From Antedon mediterranea (taxonomy: Eukaryota > Animalia > Echinodermata), in the NCBI RefSeq assembly GCF_964355755.1, contig NC_092678.1, forward strand, positions 4,976,422-5,040,421: a DNA stretch of 64,000 nt. Reading direction: 5' to 3'. The translations under genes and the position numbers were made by a program. Shown piece by piece: positions 63,301-64,000 of this stretch. The stretch's first letter is position 1. Every line of letters starts with the position of its first letter. The notes beneath the pieces were generated by a model. The model did no database searches. It saw only the letters and a list, made by a program, of their open reading frames with translations, and had not been told where the DNA came from.

Positions 63301-63629
63301 TTACTAAATATATAATAGAAACTGACCTCTATCCCCTGTTTTTTTGGGTGGATTTGACTTGAATTCTCAGCTTTCTAACAGACTTAACAGAAAAACTGAC
63401 GCGCTCTATTGGCACGTGTTATCCACACGGCACTCTATAAACATATTTTTGCACACGGTTCCTCTGTTTTAGAGTTGGGGTAATAATTATCAAAAACTTG
63501 CATTTTATATCTTTAAAATACCATTTTGCTGTATGGACATCTATAATTAAACTCACTTGCAGAGAACACATCATGCTGAATGAGAAAGTATCTCCGTATC
63601 GATGCAAAACATCGTGGAAACGTAAACAT
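57324..63629 (-). CDS. CNBP-like CCHC zinc-knuckle nucleic-acid-binding protein (8 knuckles); 5' exons tentative
   Basis: Core exons 58345-58401, 58135-58203, 57552-57828, 57324-57441 encode eight CX2CX4HX4C motifs and a GGRGGGR linker. Candidate upstream exons 63557-63629 and 61954-61995 (in frame) and 58932-58967 (alternative start). Confidence 0.8.
59423..61793 (-). mobile_element. Two head-to-tail copies (period ~1154 bp) of a HINE/DINE-1-like element
   Basis: Units start at 59423 and 60577 with actagatttg, hairpin aactcgtc..gacgagtt and subTIR ggttatccgc. Only one opposite terminus, ggttatccgc-caagt-gcggataacc, at 61764-61788, after an A-rich microsatellite. Confidence 0.85.
62098..62220. 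mobile_element. MITE family A, partial copy
   Basis: Ends caaactagtttgatcgtgtagacagagct|tta. Confidence 0.75.
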
Positions 63630-64000
63630 CTCTGCTCACGACACTAAACAAGAAATAATTGACTGACACTTTATAGATGAGTGGGCGTGGCTACACTTAC
63701 TACAATGTTTACATTTTTGTGGAAGAATTCGCGCGCTTTTGATGATTAATATTTTGAGTTTTCATTTATAATACCGTATCGAAACAAGTATATTACAAAG
63801 AATATGTAAACATTTATTTTATAATGAAACTAAAATACACTCAATTCAATCTTTATTTACAACATAAAAGTATTAACAAATAAATACTATTTATTTTTTT
63901 AATTTTAAGCATAAAATTAATTCTTTAAAAATAATTGAAAATTTACACTAATATTCTATCTAGGCTAGCACTTCTAATGGCAGCACAAAAAAAACCAATC

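Overview
AT-rich, intron-dense eukaryotic (metazoan invertebrate) genomic DNA. It is probably a marine deuterostome such as an echinoderm, but that is inference and cannot be shown from this window. Nine spliced protein-coding genes can be reconstructed by hand: THUMPD3 (5'-partial, +), ANKRD26-like (-), NIT1 (+), FAM50/XAP5 (-), PIERCE1-like (+), TBC1D25 (-), CAPZA (-), PEX26 (+) and an eight-knuckle CNBP-like gene (-). Six of them form three tight head-to-head pairs. The introns carry many non-autonomous mobile elements: Harbinger-type MITEs, P-like CAAAG...CTTTG elements, Helentron-associated HINE/DINE-like elements, LINE 3' ends and minisatellites. The most unusual signals are: (i) a repeated cassette, inserted in TA-rich sites, carrying a full tRNA cloverleaf with the normally avoided Asp anticodon ATC and its own Pol III terminator; (ii) a minimal hammerhead ribozyme core next to one copy, on the sense strand of a THUMPD3 intron about 95 nt after a 14-nt microexon; (iii) a 36-nt in-frame stop/restart exon that could switch the CNBP-like protein between a form with a mitochondrial-presequence-like leader and a leaderless form; (iv) a probable U12-type intron just before the catalytic Cys of NIT1; (v) nested and splice-site-duplicating transposon insertions. 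All exon coordinates were read by eye and need RNA-seq confirmation.
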